The notes under the pieces were generated by a model. That model did not search any database, was not told the origin of the DNA, and worked only from the letters and a program-made list of their open reading frames with translations. A DNA stretch of 48,941 bases from Folioceros fuciformis (Eukaryota), in NCBI GenBank assembly GCA_049999805.1, contig JBNGIO010006268.1, forward strand, positions 1-48,941, given 5' to 3'. Positions 20,563 through 35,500 of the stretch are shown piece after piece. A program made the position numbers and the translations under genes. Every line of letters starts with the position of its first letter. Positions within the stretch are counted from its first letter, which is position 1.

Positions 20563-23500
20563 CTAAAACCATGGATGCCATGTCGGGTCCATCATGCAGA
20601 GGCTTCGGGGCTGCAATGCTGCCTCTACAAGTTCAGTCACCCCCCTCTGGACGGATTGCAGTGGCTCTGGAGAATCTTCGTCCTGCACACAGGAACGAAG
20701 GCCTTCAGAAAATCACAGACATCAGTGGGAGCTACAGCACATGAGCTAAGAGAAACGAACCTCTTCAGGAAAAGACTGGGGTGCAATAGCTTTCACCCGA
20801 TTCATCACCATGTCTACGTTGGTTGTAACTTTCTGCTTCAGCTCACCCGTAGCTATGCCTCCTGCAGTAGGAGCTGCAGGCATACCAGGAGGTCTTCTCC
20901 ATGACCACGATATGAGCTCATCTCTAAAAAACATTCCTAGCTGATGCTGCACATGCTGGTTCTGTACACCCAAGCGTTGAAGATCGATGAGTTGGAACTG
21001 TAGTCTCTTCGAAAGAAGAATACACAATAACTTGGAATTCAAAAAGATGTTCACCTGAGGGGCTACAATGGACTGTGCAGCAGCACACATGGAGGAGACG
21101 AACAGACCTTCTACACCAAAGGGTGTAAAAAACGTCTGCAGGTTCCTTGTCAGTCTAAACGGGACGGAATCTGTAAACTCCACCATTCCATTCATGTCAT
21201 AAGCTGCAAACACCAGACAGGAGTCAGTGCCAGTGATAACACTAAGTCAGTAACCATATTACACATTTGCAACCCAATCACATCTCACCGGGATGGAAAT
21301 CATTCTGAAATACTTTCCCCGTGTTCTTCGCGAACAGAATCTTATTAGGAGATCGCCCCCCAATTTGCAGCATATATGACATGAACCCTGAAAGTGCCAG
21401 TTGAACAGCAAACTGCTTTTTAAATGTCCAAAGATGATTGGATGATGGCAGCGTCTTATACATATACTGGGAAAACACATTTTCGCTGACGAAGTTGTTT
21501 GTGATCTCGTTGTAAGTACGAAGGCGTAAATCAACGAACATCTCATTTGACAGCTGCCCTGTAATAGCCTGGTTCAGCCTCTCCTTGAAATGTGTTATAG
21601 GTGCATCAGCCTCCCGACCATAACGGGCACAGTTGATTTCATAAACCTCACCAAAGGTACTAAACATTAAATCATCCTCCACCATTCGGACCTTTAAAAG
21701 AGAAAGCAAGGTGACTGTGAGCAAATACTAGTAATAAACCAAACAGATCTCTGCACTTTGCAAGCAGGAAAACACATACGTCAACCACATCACCACTACA
21801 TAGCATGCATACCTGCGGCCACACCGGGATTATGACAGGAGCATTAAATGCCAGGTGCCGACGTCTCGACTCTTTGTACTTGTCAAGCAACCTATTCAGC
21901 ACTCTGAACAACTGCACCATGCGCTCGTCACTCCGAGCACTGGGTGTCAAAGATGTCTGCACCAGAAAATGCTTCTGGGAGCCATCACTACCAATCATGG
22001 TCAGGCGTCGGTGGCTACTACCATGACGGCGTACGATTGGAACGTCAGCACCAATTCGATCTAATTTCACAGCATGATCCGGGGAGTGGTCATTAAAATA
22101 CTGCCCTGGAACTTCTATATCTACAACATGGAATTCTCGTAACTGCCGGCTCTCTTCTTCTAATTTTAGCACAGCCGGGAGTCGATCTTCAACATTGCTC
22201 TGAAGCACACCTTTCCAATGCTTCAACCTATTAGTCAATTCTGCCAACGTTGCTGGGAACGTTCCAGCACTCTCAGGGTCCAAGTCCCTCTCAAAATCTC
22301 TTTTGTATTCGGTTACAAACTCGACATGCTTATTGACAGTGTCAGTCGAAAAGCAGGCTCTGCAAACGCCTGCCAGTTCCTTTTTCAGAGACTGTGGCAC
22401 TTCAGCTGTGGTTGCTGTTGGATACTTGTAGCAGCGATGTAACAGTGCATACACCACAGCAAGCAATCTCTCTTCAGGCAGAGGAACAAATCTTGCTCCA
22501 ATTTCTGTGAGCATCAGCTGCACCACCATCCATCTCAGAACATGGGATGACAAAACGACAACATTTCTAAGTGCCCAAATTGAGTAATAGAATCTCAGCA
22601 TCATCATTGCATCATGAAAGCTTGGATAAAAGCATCAAAGAGAAGTTGTACCTCCAATTCAGTTGCAAGGTTAGCATGCTTTCCTCTCAAAGCTTCCATT
22701 ATGTCCTTGGCTGCTTCAAAAGCGGAAGCTGCTGAAGGCCATGCTGCAACATTCCTCCTTGCAGGCAGTTGAGGATCACCTTGCCCACTACTTGCAGGTT
22801 GACCCGTTTCAGAACCTGCAGCTGAAACTCCTTCAATGTTAGGACCCCTCTCGCCTTCTTGACCAGCACTGCTGGCGTTTTCTTGTCCTGTATTTTGAGT
22901 CTGAGCCACATTCCCTGTTTGTGCAGCCGTGTTTGCAATACCCAGTTGATTCGTTGCAGCAGTGTCTACTGCCAATGCACTGCTGCTGGAAACAGATGTC
23001 ATAGGCCCACTGTCAGAGGAATTTGCAGGAGGGGCCCCAGGTGCATTTGCCATGGCTTGCACACGGGCCTGAGCCTGAGCCTGGGCCTGGGCCTGCGCCT
23101 GGGCCTGCACCTGGGCCTGCGCCTGGGCCTGGGTCTGCACCTGGGTCTGCACCTGGGCCTGCCCCTGGGCCTGCACCTGGGCCTGTGCCTGCGCCTGCGC
23201 CTGGGCCTGGGCCTGCGCTTGGGCCTGCGCCTGGGCCTGGGCCTGGGACTGGGCCTGGGCCTGCTTGGCACTCTCAGTCTTGGACGCAATATCACGCCGT
23301 TCCAGCAGGTAAGTCCGCAGCCAGTAGTATAAAGCCTGCAAAGACATCGCAGTTGACAAAAATTGTCATGCTAATTATGTGGTCAGTACTTCTTGGCATC
23401 TCCTGCTCATCGAACCAGCAGTTGACAACCTTACAGCAAGCAGCTAGTGCTAACCCACCTGAGGATACACTGTTGCTAGTCTCGCCAGAACTGTCCTGGA

Positions 23501-26500
23501 ACTCTGAGCTTCCGGCCTCTGCAGTGACAGAAGTAGCTGTGGAATCCAGGACAGCCACACCCAATGCTGTATCTGTTCCCAGTACTTATCGAGAGCCTTA
23601 CCAACTGTACCATTCTGATTGTCAAAGCTCAGAAGATACAATACCCTTGCAAGGTGGCTCCTGCCATGCGAGCCACACTTGATGCCCTGGAGAAAACAAC
23701 TAACAGCATAGTCCAGCCAGATTTCGTCACTTGTGTCCTTGTACACCTATTCAGCATCAGGCAGCAGAAAATAAGCAAAGCACCAAAGTACTAAATTGAG
23801 ACCCTACAAGAACTTGGACTTTGGATACTGACCTGATCACAATGATTACCCCAGCTGATCCACCCTTTTGAAAGATGTTTGAACAGAGAAATAGCTGTTG
23901 AAAACATTTGATTGGCATTCTCATTATCGTGCATTTTCTGTAAGAATTCACCCCTCAGCCTGTAGATTTCTGCCTTGTGTTGCACAGGAAAATATTCCAG
24001 ATTCGTGATGGTCAGGAGGTTTAGCCCACTGGTTAGCTCTCCCTTCATCTCCAAATAAGCCTTTGCTTGCTCTTTGATCTTGACAAAAGCTTCCTGCTCA
24101 GTTAACAAGTTTTCACATATGTAAAAAGAAGAAGCTCAACCTGAACAAGCCGGCAGCATGATGAGCAGCATACAAGGACACCTACCTGAACCTCCATAGT
24201 CATGTAACCATACAACTTGTTAAGCACCGTTACACATACATCATGTAGCCCTTGCTTACGTGCCACATGTGCCAGCTTATTTACACTCCAGGCCTTATCA
24301 CGGAATCCAAGCTGATGGAGCTGTGGGTTGGTCTCTGTAAAGCCTTGGAAGGCATTAATTACAGTGTTGTACATGTGGTTACGCCAAGTTAAGAGCTCAT
24401 ACCAAACAGTCAATTCATCCCACTCATTTGGAGTTCTCAGTTTCCATGTGTCTAAAATGTCCTTAAGGTCAGCATAGGCACCCCCCGAAAGCTGAGGCCC
24501 AGAGTCCTGAGCCTTGCTACCATTTGCAATTTCAATTAAGACTCTTGCAGATTCCTGCAGCTCTACCAGTTGCTGAAACTGTTGGAGAACCGGAATGTGA
24601 GACTGAACAGCCATCTCAGGTAGCTGCCACCACTGTTGCAGAGCTAAGTCGATGCCTTGCTGCACCCTCTGTTCAGCATCATGTACGCCATTCATGCTTC
24701 CGTCACTGAGTGCAACATATGCCTGAACCATGCGATACTTGGGAGTTTCTTCGACTTGGGCCTTCGGAAGTACAGTGTCTTTGAGCAAGGACCAGTCTGG
24801 CACTTTCCATAAACAATCTATGAGAATATCATAGTTGTCAACATTCTTCCCAAACTCAGCTAGCACATCCCAGTGATTGAGACGTTTTGCCCCCTGGATC
24901 CATTGTTCTTCCCACAGACACATTTCTGCCTTCGAGACACCTATATTGAAAGAGCCTTGAGTTGCCTTATTCATGGCCATATAGAAGACATCAGCAGCAC
25001 GCTGCCACATTCCATGCTGCACCAGGGAAAGCCCTGCTCTTGTATCAGGTGTAATGGTACGTTTCTTCCAAAGGCCATATCGGACATCTTCCTCATTCAG
25101 TAACCGATACAGGTCGGCCAGAGCATCGAAGCAACGTGTCTCGTGAGGAAAAAGTGATACATGACTCTCCAGCAAGGAAATAGCTATATGCCAGGCATTG
25201 TACGTCTTCCCCAAGTATTTAATCAATTCACTGGGAATTTTGGGCTGGGGTTGGCTCAAGGAAAGACCTTCTAACAGAGCCTGTACAACATTTGGTCTTT
25301 TGTCTTGCTGTTTGATATGACAGTCCCTAGACAGAAGATTAATCATAGGCTTAGCAAGTATCACCTGCTCTTCCTTCTGAAGGGTTGCCCAAACGATAGG
25401 GAAAACAAGTACCCACATATGATATGCCACGTGAGCATCTCTGTGGGACAACTCTCTCAAAGGGAGAATAAGATCAGCGACCTGCACGTATCGGTAAGTG
25501 TACCGTCAAAAAACCTAACTCGCTCAATCGCAACAGCAGTGACCAAGGCAAATGGAACCAACCTGAAGCTTGCTTGTCTCGTTCAGAAACCTTGTGTGTT
25601 TATGAATAATGCCAAGGAACGTGGGAGGTGCACCCTCAACCTCTTCTGGCAAATCACCAGTTTGTTGCTGAATTCCTGCCCGGTCTGGAATGCCCCCTGA
25701 TGGCATCAGCGGAGGAATTTGAGCAGAATTGGGGGCTAGAGTGATAGGTTCGTGCTCCACAAGTATGGCTAGAAGCAGATCAAGACCCTGCTTTAACCAA
25801 AACACGTCGCTTATATTATCCCAATCCTGTGATTGAATTAGATATTGCAGTCTTATAAACAGTGATTTCCCAATAAACTCATGGTAGAGGGCAAAAAAAT
25901 TTTGCCGCATCTCTGGGTCTCTGGCTCGAAGACCGAGCATGTACTGCCGCTCCAGCTTAAACACATCATTACGTACAGGAACTGAGTACCTGTTGACGTA
26001 CCAAGCATACGTTATCAGTAACTGGAATTTCAGAGCTTACATACAAGTTAGTCTTTTTTTCACAGTGGGCTTACTTCGAAGCATCAGAACATAGTCGATG
26101 GAGTAACTTCAAAAACTTGCTTTCCCACTCTTCCAAAACAGAGGCAGGCATATGCAGTTGGTCGACCAGGGATAGCTTTTGCATGAGCGTGAGAACATCC
26201 TTATTAGTGAGAGCTCCAGCAAGAGTACCAGTACCTGCAGGTTTGAAATCATTTTCAACCCACTCTTTGATAATGTCAAGGATGGCTAGCAAAATGCCAG
26301 CGTCAGTGCCTTTCTCTTGCAACATAGACTGCAGACTGGATATAAACAATCTCTTGCAATCTGGTGCAAAGAGCACACGTCCACTCATAAGATTCAAAAG
26401 AGCCTTCATATTCGCTATCACCAGTCCGAGATCTGCCACCAATCGTGCAGCAGCAGCAGCTCCATCTGAGTCAATGTGGCGCCCCTACAAAGAAGAACCA

Positions 26501-29500
26501 GGAAGGTAGTAAGGAAAACCACCTCAAACGGGTTCAACAAAATAACTAGCTCCGACAGCAGAACATAGGTTCAACCTGGCGCATCAAGGCTAATGCCGTT
26601 GCTGACATGTCACGATTGAGTCTCTGAACTACACGAACTAATGGCATCATGAACCGGTCACTGTATGACTTGTTCCCTTCTGCCAAACTCTTTAGTACAG
26701 ATACACATAAGCCAATCATAGAGTACGTAGACCTGGCATCCATTCCAGGAGATGGTGCAGCAGTTCCAGCAGCTAGATGCTTATGTATCAACTCCTCCAC
26801 TTTCTGGTGCAAAATCTTCACATCCTGGGGAGTAGTCGACAAATCAGCAGGAAAGGCATCATAAACCATCTTCAGCAAAGTACACAGTGCTTTTCCAATC
26901 TCCGGCAACTTGCTGTTGAAGGATGGCTCCAGGAGCTGTTAATAAACAGAAAAAGAGCAGTGTTACAAGACAAGCACCTTTCAGCTTCATCTCACCGAAG
27001 AGGACTTTCCATACAGAAGCGGCAGCCAATGTTCATGGTCATTAACGGTAGTAAGTTACCTGAACAATCTGTTGGACATTGTTACGTATGAAAAGATGAG
27101 GCTGCTTCTCCAACACTTTATTCATAACTTCTAACCCCTGTGCAAGTGCTGAAGACGGATCTTTGTTTTGGCCGCTCATAGGTTGGCTTAATAGCTTCTC
27201 CAAATAATTGAACTTCACATTGGCGCTTGGCCAAACCTCAAGAGCTAGAGTTAGATGATCCAAAGCCTGATTGTACATAGCTGCCATCTCTTTATCCTTG
27301 GGTTCAGTGACCAGGGAANNNNNNNNNNTGTACATAGCTGCCATCTCTTTATCCTTGGGTTCAGTGACCAGGGAAACCTGCAAATGAGAAAATATCAGCC
27401 CTCCGACTAATTTAAGGTGAAAGCCACCCTGGTACATGTTAGTTTAAGATGTGGGACCAGCCTGTTCTACAATATTTACCGGGAAGTTCAACACGAGTGC
27501 AGAAAAATGAATCTGCTAAGCCAATCCACCAGTTTATATTGACAAACAGACAAGGCCTCTCATGCTCAAGCAACACCTTCAACTACCCCACGTTGTCACT
27601 CAGGCTATATGTTCCAGCGGGCTTACTCTGATCAGAAAATTGATGACCATCTCTTCCATGGCTGCATTTGGTTTGAACTCTTCATCCGGCTGTCCACCAG
27701 CTCCTGGAGTGCCGATGTTTGGAATAGAACCAGTACCTGAGACAGGTAGACTTGGAGACAGGCTGGCCGAACTGGAAAGACCAGTTTCAGTCTTGACGCG
27801 TTTGCTTAAGTCCTCTGAGGATAAGGCAACTGTTTCAGCACTTCGCTTAGCAACCGAACTCCCATCTCCAACAGTAGAGTCCTGAGCATCGACGGTGGCT
27901 GCTCCCTCCCCTTCTGGAACAACCTTTGCTTCCGCCTGCCGCCTCTTCTCCCATGAGACAACCAAACCTGCTAGATCTATTGCAAGCCTCCTATTTTCAG
28001 GAGGTGAGTTCTGAGGCAAACCAAGGCGGCTAAGGGAGTTCACCATTTGTGGAACAAACTGAGCACGGCACGAATAGAAGAGCTCGGAATGCCGCACAAG
28101 GAGTTGGAAGATGTGAATCAAGTTTGGAACTGAGTGACCTTCCTCAACTAATATCTTTTTGGTGTAACGTATCCAGATGGGAATCTTCGAATCTCCCAGA
28201 GGCAAACGCCGAGGGAGTGCTGGCATAAGGATATCAAGAGCTTGCCTTACAAGGACCTTGTTCTCTGGTTGACAAAGGCGAAGAAGGGCCACAAAGACCT
28301 GCTTCGGCAAAGTGGACTACGTGTCAAACGGTACCTTGACGTGGCAGAGAATTGCATAGTACAGCCTCCAAAAGGAAGTACCAAGAAGCCCATACCTGTA
28401 AAATAATCTTCTCAGGAGCTTGATATGCTTCCAGAAAATGACAAACGTTGACAAATGCCCACTGCTTGCTGGCACTTTCCTCTCGTTTTAGGTGGTTCCA
28501 TCCGAATTTTATGAGCTCTTTCCTATGATGAACCAAATCATTTGGTAGATACTTCAACAACAATGTTGCGAGCTGGAGCAGCTCGATTCGGAGAGGTTCA
28601 TCATACTCCGCACTCACCTGTTACAAGCCAAACACGTAACCATGAGAACCAGAGACGCAAAATGTCAGAATTCTATGCCTTGGAACCGAAAACCATCCTC
28701 ACAACCACCTCTTCCGGAGGGTCAAGCAGCTTTTCCACTATGGTCTTGATGATAGTGGTGTCCACAACATCCCAGCTTTGGTTATTCTGGAATGCATGAG
28801 TTAACATTGGGAGAATCAACATCTGCATTGCGACCACCAAAAGGTCCTGGGCCATCATTGTTGACTGAAATAGTTGCAGAAAGCGGACCAATATAGCTTT
28901 TTTCTCTTCCGGACCATACCCCTCTGCCACCTGTCAGATTTCCAGTTCACAGTTTAAATGAAGATTCGACATCCAAATTGTATAACGACAAAAGGTTTAG
29001 TTAGCGTTTCAGACAAATACCTCAATCATGAAAAACTCCTTCAGGAATGTGTAGTCAATTCTGGTGCGCACCAAAAAGATTGACAGCATTTCAAAGAGCA
29101 CATCCACTTCAGACTTATCATGCCTGACAAAGTTAAGGAAACACTTAACCAGCCTCTTGCTCTCTTTGACCTGCAAAAACATTGAGCATCCTGACTCTCA
29201 GGACCTCACTCACCACAATGCTGTAAAGCCTAACCATCAATACAGTGACACAAGGCAGCACCTGATTCAGCACCAAGCCCTGTTCATTCCGTAGCCGAGA
29301 AATTCGTCCAGGAGACTGCCAGAGGCGGACAAGGGCATCAAACACTGGCCGATTGCACCACAGCCAGTCAGGCATCAGCTTCACGAGTGCCGACACAAGG
29401 GCAATGCCTTGAAACTGAACTTCCAGTGCCTGCCCAGGGACTTGCACTGGACTAGCTGTTGCTGACTGGACACCCATAAAATTGTCACTCCCTGAAACTA

Positions 29501-32500
29501 TCAGACCTCCAGTTGCCGAAGGGGCTGAGTTTGGTAGCTGATCGTCCGAGGTTGTTGCACTCTTAGTATTCGGGAAGGCACACGTGATAATTTTGTTTGG
29601 AGACTTGGCCAGTTCTTCTCTCAAAGGTTGCCCTGCTTCTGATCTGATGATATCTAGAAATCTGCAACCACAGGTACCACCTCAAATCGATGCATCCTAG
29701 TCATCACATTCCAGCTATCTGTAGACACAGACCATCAAAAACTGTAACAAGCCGCAAACCTAAGTTCCCACCTAGACAGATTCACTAACCCCAGTATCCC
29801 AACCAAGCGTATCGGCAGAATCTCTCACTAAAATGCTTTGTGCCGCTCACTTTCAAGGACAAAAGGAGATCATCAAATAGACTTCACGTTACCTTCGGAA
29901 AAAGTTTTCATTGGTCAGGCGGGCTAGAAAATAGTCGACTGCTTCAGTAGCATAGCGATTGAGAAACTTTGACAAGGGCAGCCGATATGGGCTATTGAGC
30001 TCACTGTACACCAAGCCTTGAGGAAGAGCTTGCTCCAATTGAATCGTTAACACCACTAGTTGGTCAAGAAATTTACTAGCCGCAGGTGGCAGGAGGTGGA
30101 AGAGCTCAATAATTGCTGATTCAATGGATGAGATTGATCAATACAGTGTGTTTGAAACTGTAAACAGCAGTCACAAGCGAACCAACCCAAGACAAGGACA
30201 CCAACCTGCAGCGATTTCAGGCTCTTCTCCATCCTTCCAGGACCTTGGAGAGGTGGCTAGCTTCTCAGGTTCCAGCCACTTCTGTAAATGCTCCATAAGT
30301 TTCTCACCCAAAGTAACATTGAACCAGTTAGCGAGAAGTTCCAGCAGTCGTGCTAAGCCTTGTAGCAGTGGCATGGTAAGATTCTTGGTATGTGCCAAGT
30401 TCACCAGGATAGGCCGTAAACTGCTCTGCAACAGTTCCTTGGGCATCTTCTGCTGTTGAATTACCTGTGGATAGGCATGCAACAAGTGAACCATTCAGGC
30501 TAGTGCATCTACAACCTAACCTTCTCGAACACAAACCCATAACATTACGCAGTTTTCAGACGTGTGGCAGATAATATGAAGACACCCAGTACTGAAATAC
30601 ATGGAAGACAAATTAAAACACAAAGTCCTGACTGCTGCCCTAATGATCCTGTGAGTGCTGTGCTCCTCACCTGGCGGAGACCCTCCTTTGCCACTGCAAC
30701 TATTTCAGGAGTTTTGCATGTTAGCGACTTGAAGAACATGGCAATGATCCGAGACCTCAATTCGCCATGATTGGGGGTTTTAAAATCTGCCCATGCCATT
30801 GCTGTACATAGCAACTCAATGCAAACTGTCCGAAGCTTGTTCAAAGAGGCAACCGTCTTTGGGTTCATGAATTTCCCCTGCAACACCTGTTCATCAGCCT
30901 CTGCCAGGCTAAGTGCATCGGTAAGTATGGTAATCAGCTCTGTGTTCATTTTCAACAAAGGAGGTCGCAGGGCCAAGCAAAAATTCAAGGACATCAGTGT
31001 CCCAACCTGTCACAGACGTTGAAGGTCATCAAAGTTACTACGTTGCAGAAATGCCTGACGCAGACACAATAGTCACAAAATGGGTGCATGATCTGACACC
31101 AACAATCTGCATACCTGATTATCCAACGCCTTCATGCGAAGTGGCCGAACTATCAAAGGCTGCAATAAAGGGCTGTGTAGAGGTTCAAGGAGCTCTGAAA
31201 CTTCACTTCCTGTGCGACTTGCTAGTAGTGCAAGACAAGACTGCACATTTCTCCTGACGACTTGAGAAGTAGACTGATTGAAAAGCTCTGCAGCAAGGAC
31301 GTCCACCACTCCTTGAAAGCTCAGTTGACGAGGCTCAGTGGTGGACTCATCCACATTGTTCACAACCCGCAAAACCTGGGTAAGGACTTGACTAGCTTCC
31401 ACAAGCTCCTTATTTGCATGGGGAGGAAGTCGCTTTAGAACATAAAGCAGCGCTCGGACAGCACGGACCTGGAAAGCACATAATGTCTCCACTGTCACTT
31501 TTCCTACTAATGCGCCAAGACCCATTACCCCTCCCATTTGAGATTGCCACGTGCTTCCATAGCAACAGTGTAGAAGTCGAGGCAATAGCTGCTCGAAGAC
31601 TGGAACCCGAACACCAGGAGGAGGGGAGTACACTGGGTTCATCGATGGGCTTGATACCATCATCGGAGTTCCAGGGGTGCTGACACCCCTAGGTGTCAAA
31701 TGGCCGGTGTGTTTTGCCCTAGCCAGAACTAGAAGGGTTTCCGCAAACACATTCAACCCATCCAGGGCTGCCTTTGCGTGAGCCCTGTTGTCATCAGCCA
31801 GAACGGCTACTACGGCATCCAGAAAAATCAAAGGATCAAGCTCTTTCAAATTCCCCTGGGAGCGAGCTCGAGGCTTCGGCGGTGCACCACCAGCTGAGGT
31901 CCCAACATGTAGCCCAAGCTGTCCAGAGGAAATAGATTGATTGGTTGTGGAAGATTCTACATGGAATATCATGGCAAAGTGGCGGCAAACATTGAGCACA
32001 AAATCATCCTTTGAGTCGAGCAGATCAGTCTCTGCACTAGCGGCAATGACTGTCATAAGTAAGAGTTTGAAGACACTTCTTTCAGCCATAAGCTGAGTCT
32101 TTGTCTTCACACCAAGATCAACCTGCAAAGGAAAGTCTACCTTAGCCGTAAGTCCATAAAGAGATAATCACATGGAATGTTATTTCACTGTATTGCAACC
32201 CTGCAGATGTATAGCACAAATCTGCTGCTATTGGGAATGGAGTGACTACCTTCATGTTCGATGTCTCTGCCCTGCGCCTCGATGGATCCACTGAGGTCAC
32301 AAGTATAGTGCTCAGCTGACCAGGAGTGAGACCTTCAGGCCCAATGTTGCCTTTCAAGTTCAACACAGAGGACAAACAAACTCGCAGAAACTTGAGGGCA
32401 TTCTTGCGGTAGAAGACATCAACACCAGATTGACTTTGTATCACTGCTGCCCTTGCTAGATAGATGCACCTATCTAAGGGCACCAAGAACGAGGTGCTTG

Positions 32501-35500
32501 GCTCAAACGTTAGTATCAACCTCAAACCATGTTCAGGGTTCTCCTTGCACTCCAAGGCAAGGGGTTCCTTCAAAAACTTCCGGTTCCTTCCACCCAGTTT
32601 TCCAAGCAACTGAAGAGCTTTGGCACCAAAGGGATATGGTTTTGGTTGCAAGTGAGACCAGAGTGTCAGGATCAGCTCTGTCATTACGCTCGCCATACTT
32701 GGCTCCAAATACTCTGGATTAAGGCTATCGATCCAAAATTCTAATGTCCTGAGCCCATGACCTACAAGATCATCATTTCCTTTCAAGGCTAAAACCAGAG
32801 GTTTCATAAGTCGTGGGAGGTAAGGAAGCAGCGAACTCAACCGTGCAGGCATGGTAAGACAAAGCTCCACAACTAGGTCACTCATGTCCATTCCTGTTGG
32901 TCCTTCAATCATTCCTAGCAACATGTTCAAACAGGGCTGAAGAGTTGGCACAAACTCCAGGAAGAGAAGCTCAAACTTCCCTCCAGAAAGAGCTCGAAAC
33001 ATGCTTCGCAGGAGCTGCATATAGCCCAATGGTTTATCACCCTCCGTTGCATTCTTCATACAAGCTTCCATGATAGTAATAACATGAGGCTGGAGCACAG
33101 GCTCACAGTCTGCAGGGAACTTGACTACTGCTACAAACAGGTAGCGGAAGAGTTGGAGAACCAGCTTGGCAGATGGTGTATCGGGCTGCTTTAGAACCTC
33201 AAGCTTGCTGTTCACGAGGAAATGAACAAGGACATCAGCAAAGTGTCTTGTAACTTTTGGGTTCTGCAGAAGGCTCACGTAGATCTGCAGCAATTGATTG
33301 TTCTCAAGCATACACTCAAATAGATGCAGCATAGACATAGAGAACATATCCATCAGATTTCTTGGTTCCATCACTGTGAAAACTGATGAATAGTGGGCAA
33401 ACAACTCCTTTTCCTCCTCCTTATCCTTGAACAGCGCGAGACAGTAGACACCGCCTTTCAATATCCCTGATGCGAGTCGAACCTGCAAAAATCACAGCTG
33501 TTCAACATATAGAAGCACCTAAAAACAACAGAACTTGTCTAGATCTATTTGTACCATCACGACTGCCAACAAGATGAGGCATTCGATTCAAACCACCTGA
33601 TTGCACCTGCACTGTTCTAGGCTTGACATTACTGAAAATCACTGAACTGCAAAGAAATTCGCTACTTTAAGAGATTATGATGACTCTTCCTAAAATACGG
33701 CCCCTGGATACCTCATCCTCCCACATGCCCTTGGGGCCGCCTTGGTTCATAGCACCAGGCTGTTGCGAAACCTGCTGAGTATTGAAGTGAGTGATGCTCC
33801 ACACCAGAGTTTTCATTCCTGCACAATCAACCGACAAACAATTGCCTTATCAAACATCAGACAAAATATAACCAGTTCCCGACCTGCAGGACCAAAGTAT
33901 CTCTGCCTGCGCTGGAACCAAAGGCACAAGTAGTCTGGGACTGTAATTCCCCTCAGACAGCTGAAGGCATCACAGTACAAAGCCCTTACCCATGATGAGG
34001 GTCTTAATTAGCTGTCTACAATCTGCAACCTCCTTAGCATGCTCCGGAGGTGCTTGAAGATTCAGCGCAGCCTGCCATGTCGAACCACCAAGTTTCATGA
34101 GAATCTTAGAAACCTGTCCAGCGAATCACAGGAAAAGAACGCCAAAAATATTGTATCTTGAGGATGTTGCCCCCGCCAACCTGAACAGGAAGCTCTAGCC
34201 TCGACCGCAAACTTGGCCTGTCTTTGGTGTCTTCAGAATCACCGCCCTCCACTAGCTTCAGACAACAGAAAAGCACGTATGAGATATATGCTTCATATGT
34301 AAGGGATCCAGATAACCTGAATATCGTGCACAGAGTGTGATGGGGACAGCATTGACTCGGGATATGGTAAAAGTATACCACGGAACGAAAATACAGCAGA
34401 AACGAGCCAACAGAGGTGTACGTGGCAATATCTCTCAACACAGTTCTCTTACTTAACAACAGAGCCTCTAGGTTTCATACCACAGCACATCCTCACCAGC
34501 AGGTCCACTTCGACACATTCCCCCGACTCAGCAATGCTGCTAGAGTGACACCAAAAGTACCTGAGCTATGTTGTGCTTCAAAGTGCCAAATTTGGTTACA
34601 AATGCATCTAGAATCCTCCCCTGTTCAGAATACAGCAAGTAATTATAGAAAACAAGGCGTAACCTCGAGCATTCAAATACGCACAAGGAGAGTGATGACG
34701 TACTAATAGAGCTCGTCCCTCTTCCTTGCTAAGATGGTCAACTCTCCGAGTAAAAATAGCCTCAACCTGGCAGAAGTACCAGGGGAATGTCAGCAAGTAA
34801 GCAAAAATAAACGAGAGTCACATTGGGAACTTGACCCACAGGGCAAGCAACGCCAGCAGTTTTACCAAATTAAGCATGAGACGCACGCATGTTGTCTGCA
34901 CACTCAGGGGCAGAGATGAATCATGTACATTTCGAGAGAATAGGTATACAACGCGACAAAGCTGCAAGGAGAGAGAGAAACTTTAAACCACGAAACACAA
35001 AGGTCGCCAGATGTCCCTTAGAAGACCATCAGTGTGGAGAGGAGTAAAGGATCTGAGTACCGAAGCAAGAGGAATGCATTTCCACTGAACTGCCAGCATT
35101 GACTTACCTGTGGTAGAGACAGTTCAAGACGAACATGATGGATGAGCTCTGCAAGAAGGCTATATGCTAGAGGCCGAAGAGTTTCGTAACATGCTCGGCC
35201 AGTTCCTACGAGAACCCTGCAAAAGGCGAAACAGCATTATACTCATCCTTGGGACTGAATAAATTAGAGGGAGTTTCTGTTAGTTGTCAGAAACTTCAGG
35301 ACAATTACCTTTCATCTAACAAAGTGTCTATCTGATTGAAAAAACCCCTTTTAAAATCTGTTGCAAGAACGTGTCTTGTGGCTACGAGAAGTTCCTGCAT
35401 AGACATTTGCGATTCTCTTTTTGAGTGTTGAAGGAGAGGAAAAGTGTGACAGGGAGAAAAAAACAAGCAAGCACACAGCCCTTCCACGTGAGTATCAAGA

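Noticed and set aside
22859-23682. Gly-Leu, Pro-Arg and Pro-Gly repeat ORFs (22859+, 22999-, 23023+)
   Set aside because: These are alternative frames and strands of the TRA1 hexamer repeat, which has no stop codons.
27272-27377. Apparent internal duplication [15 protein letters not shown] in TRA1
   Set aside because: The identical copies flank an N run, typical of an unmerged contig overlap. The same pattern occurs at 18321-18478 and around 43290-43340.
33700-33712. Second possible U12 donor (GTATCCAGG) in TRA1
   Set aside because: It lacks the TT at +7/+8, and the acceptor has an ordinary pyrimidine tract. Treated as U2.
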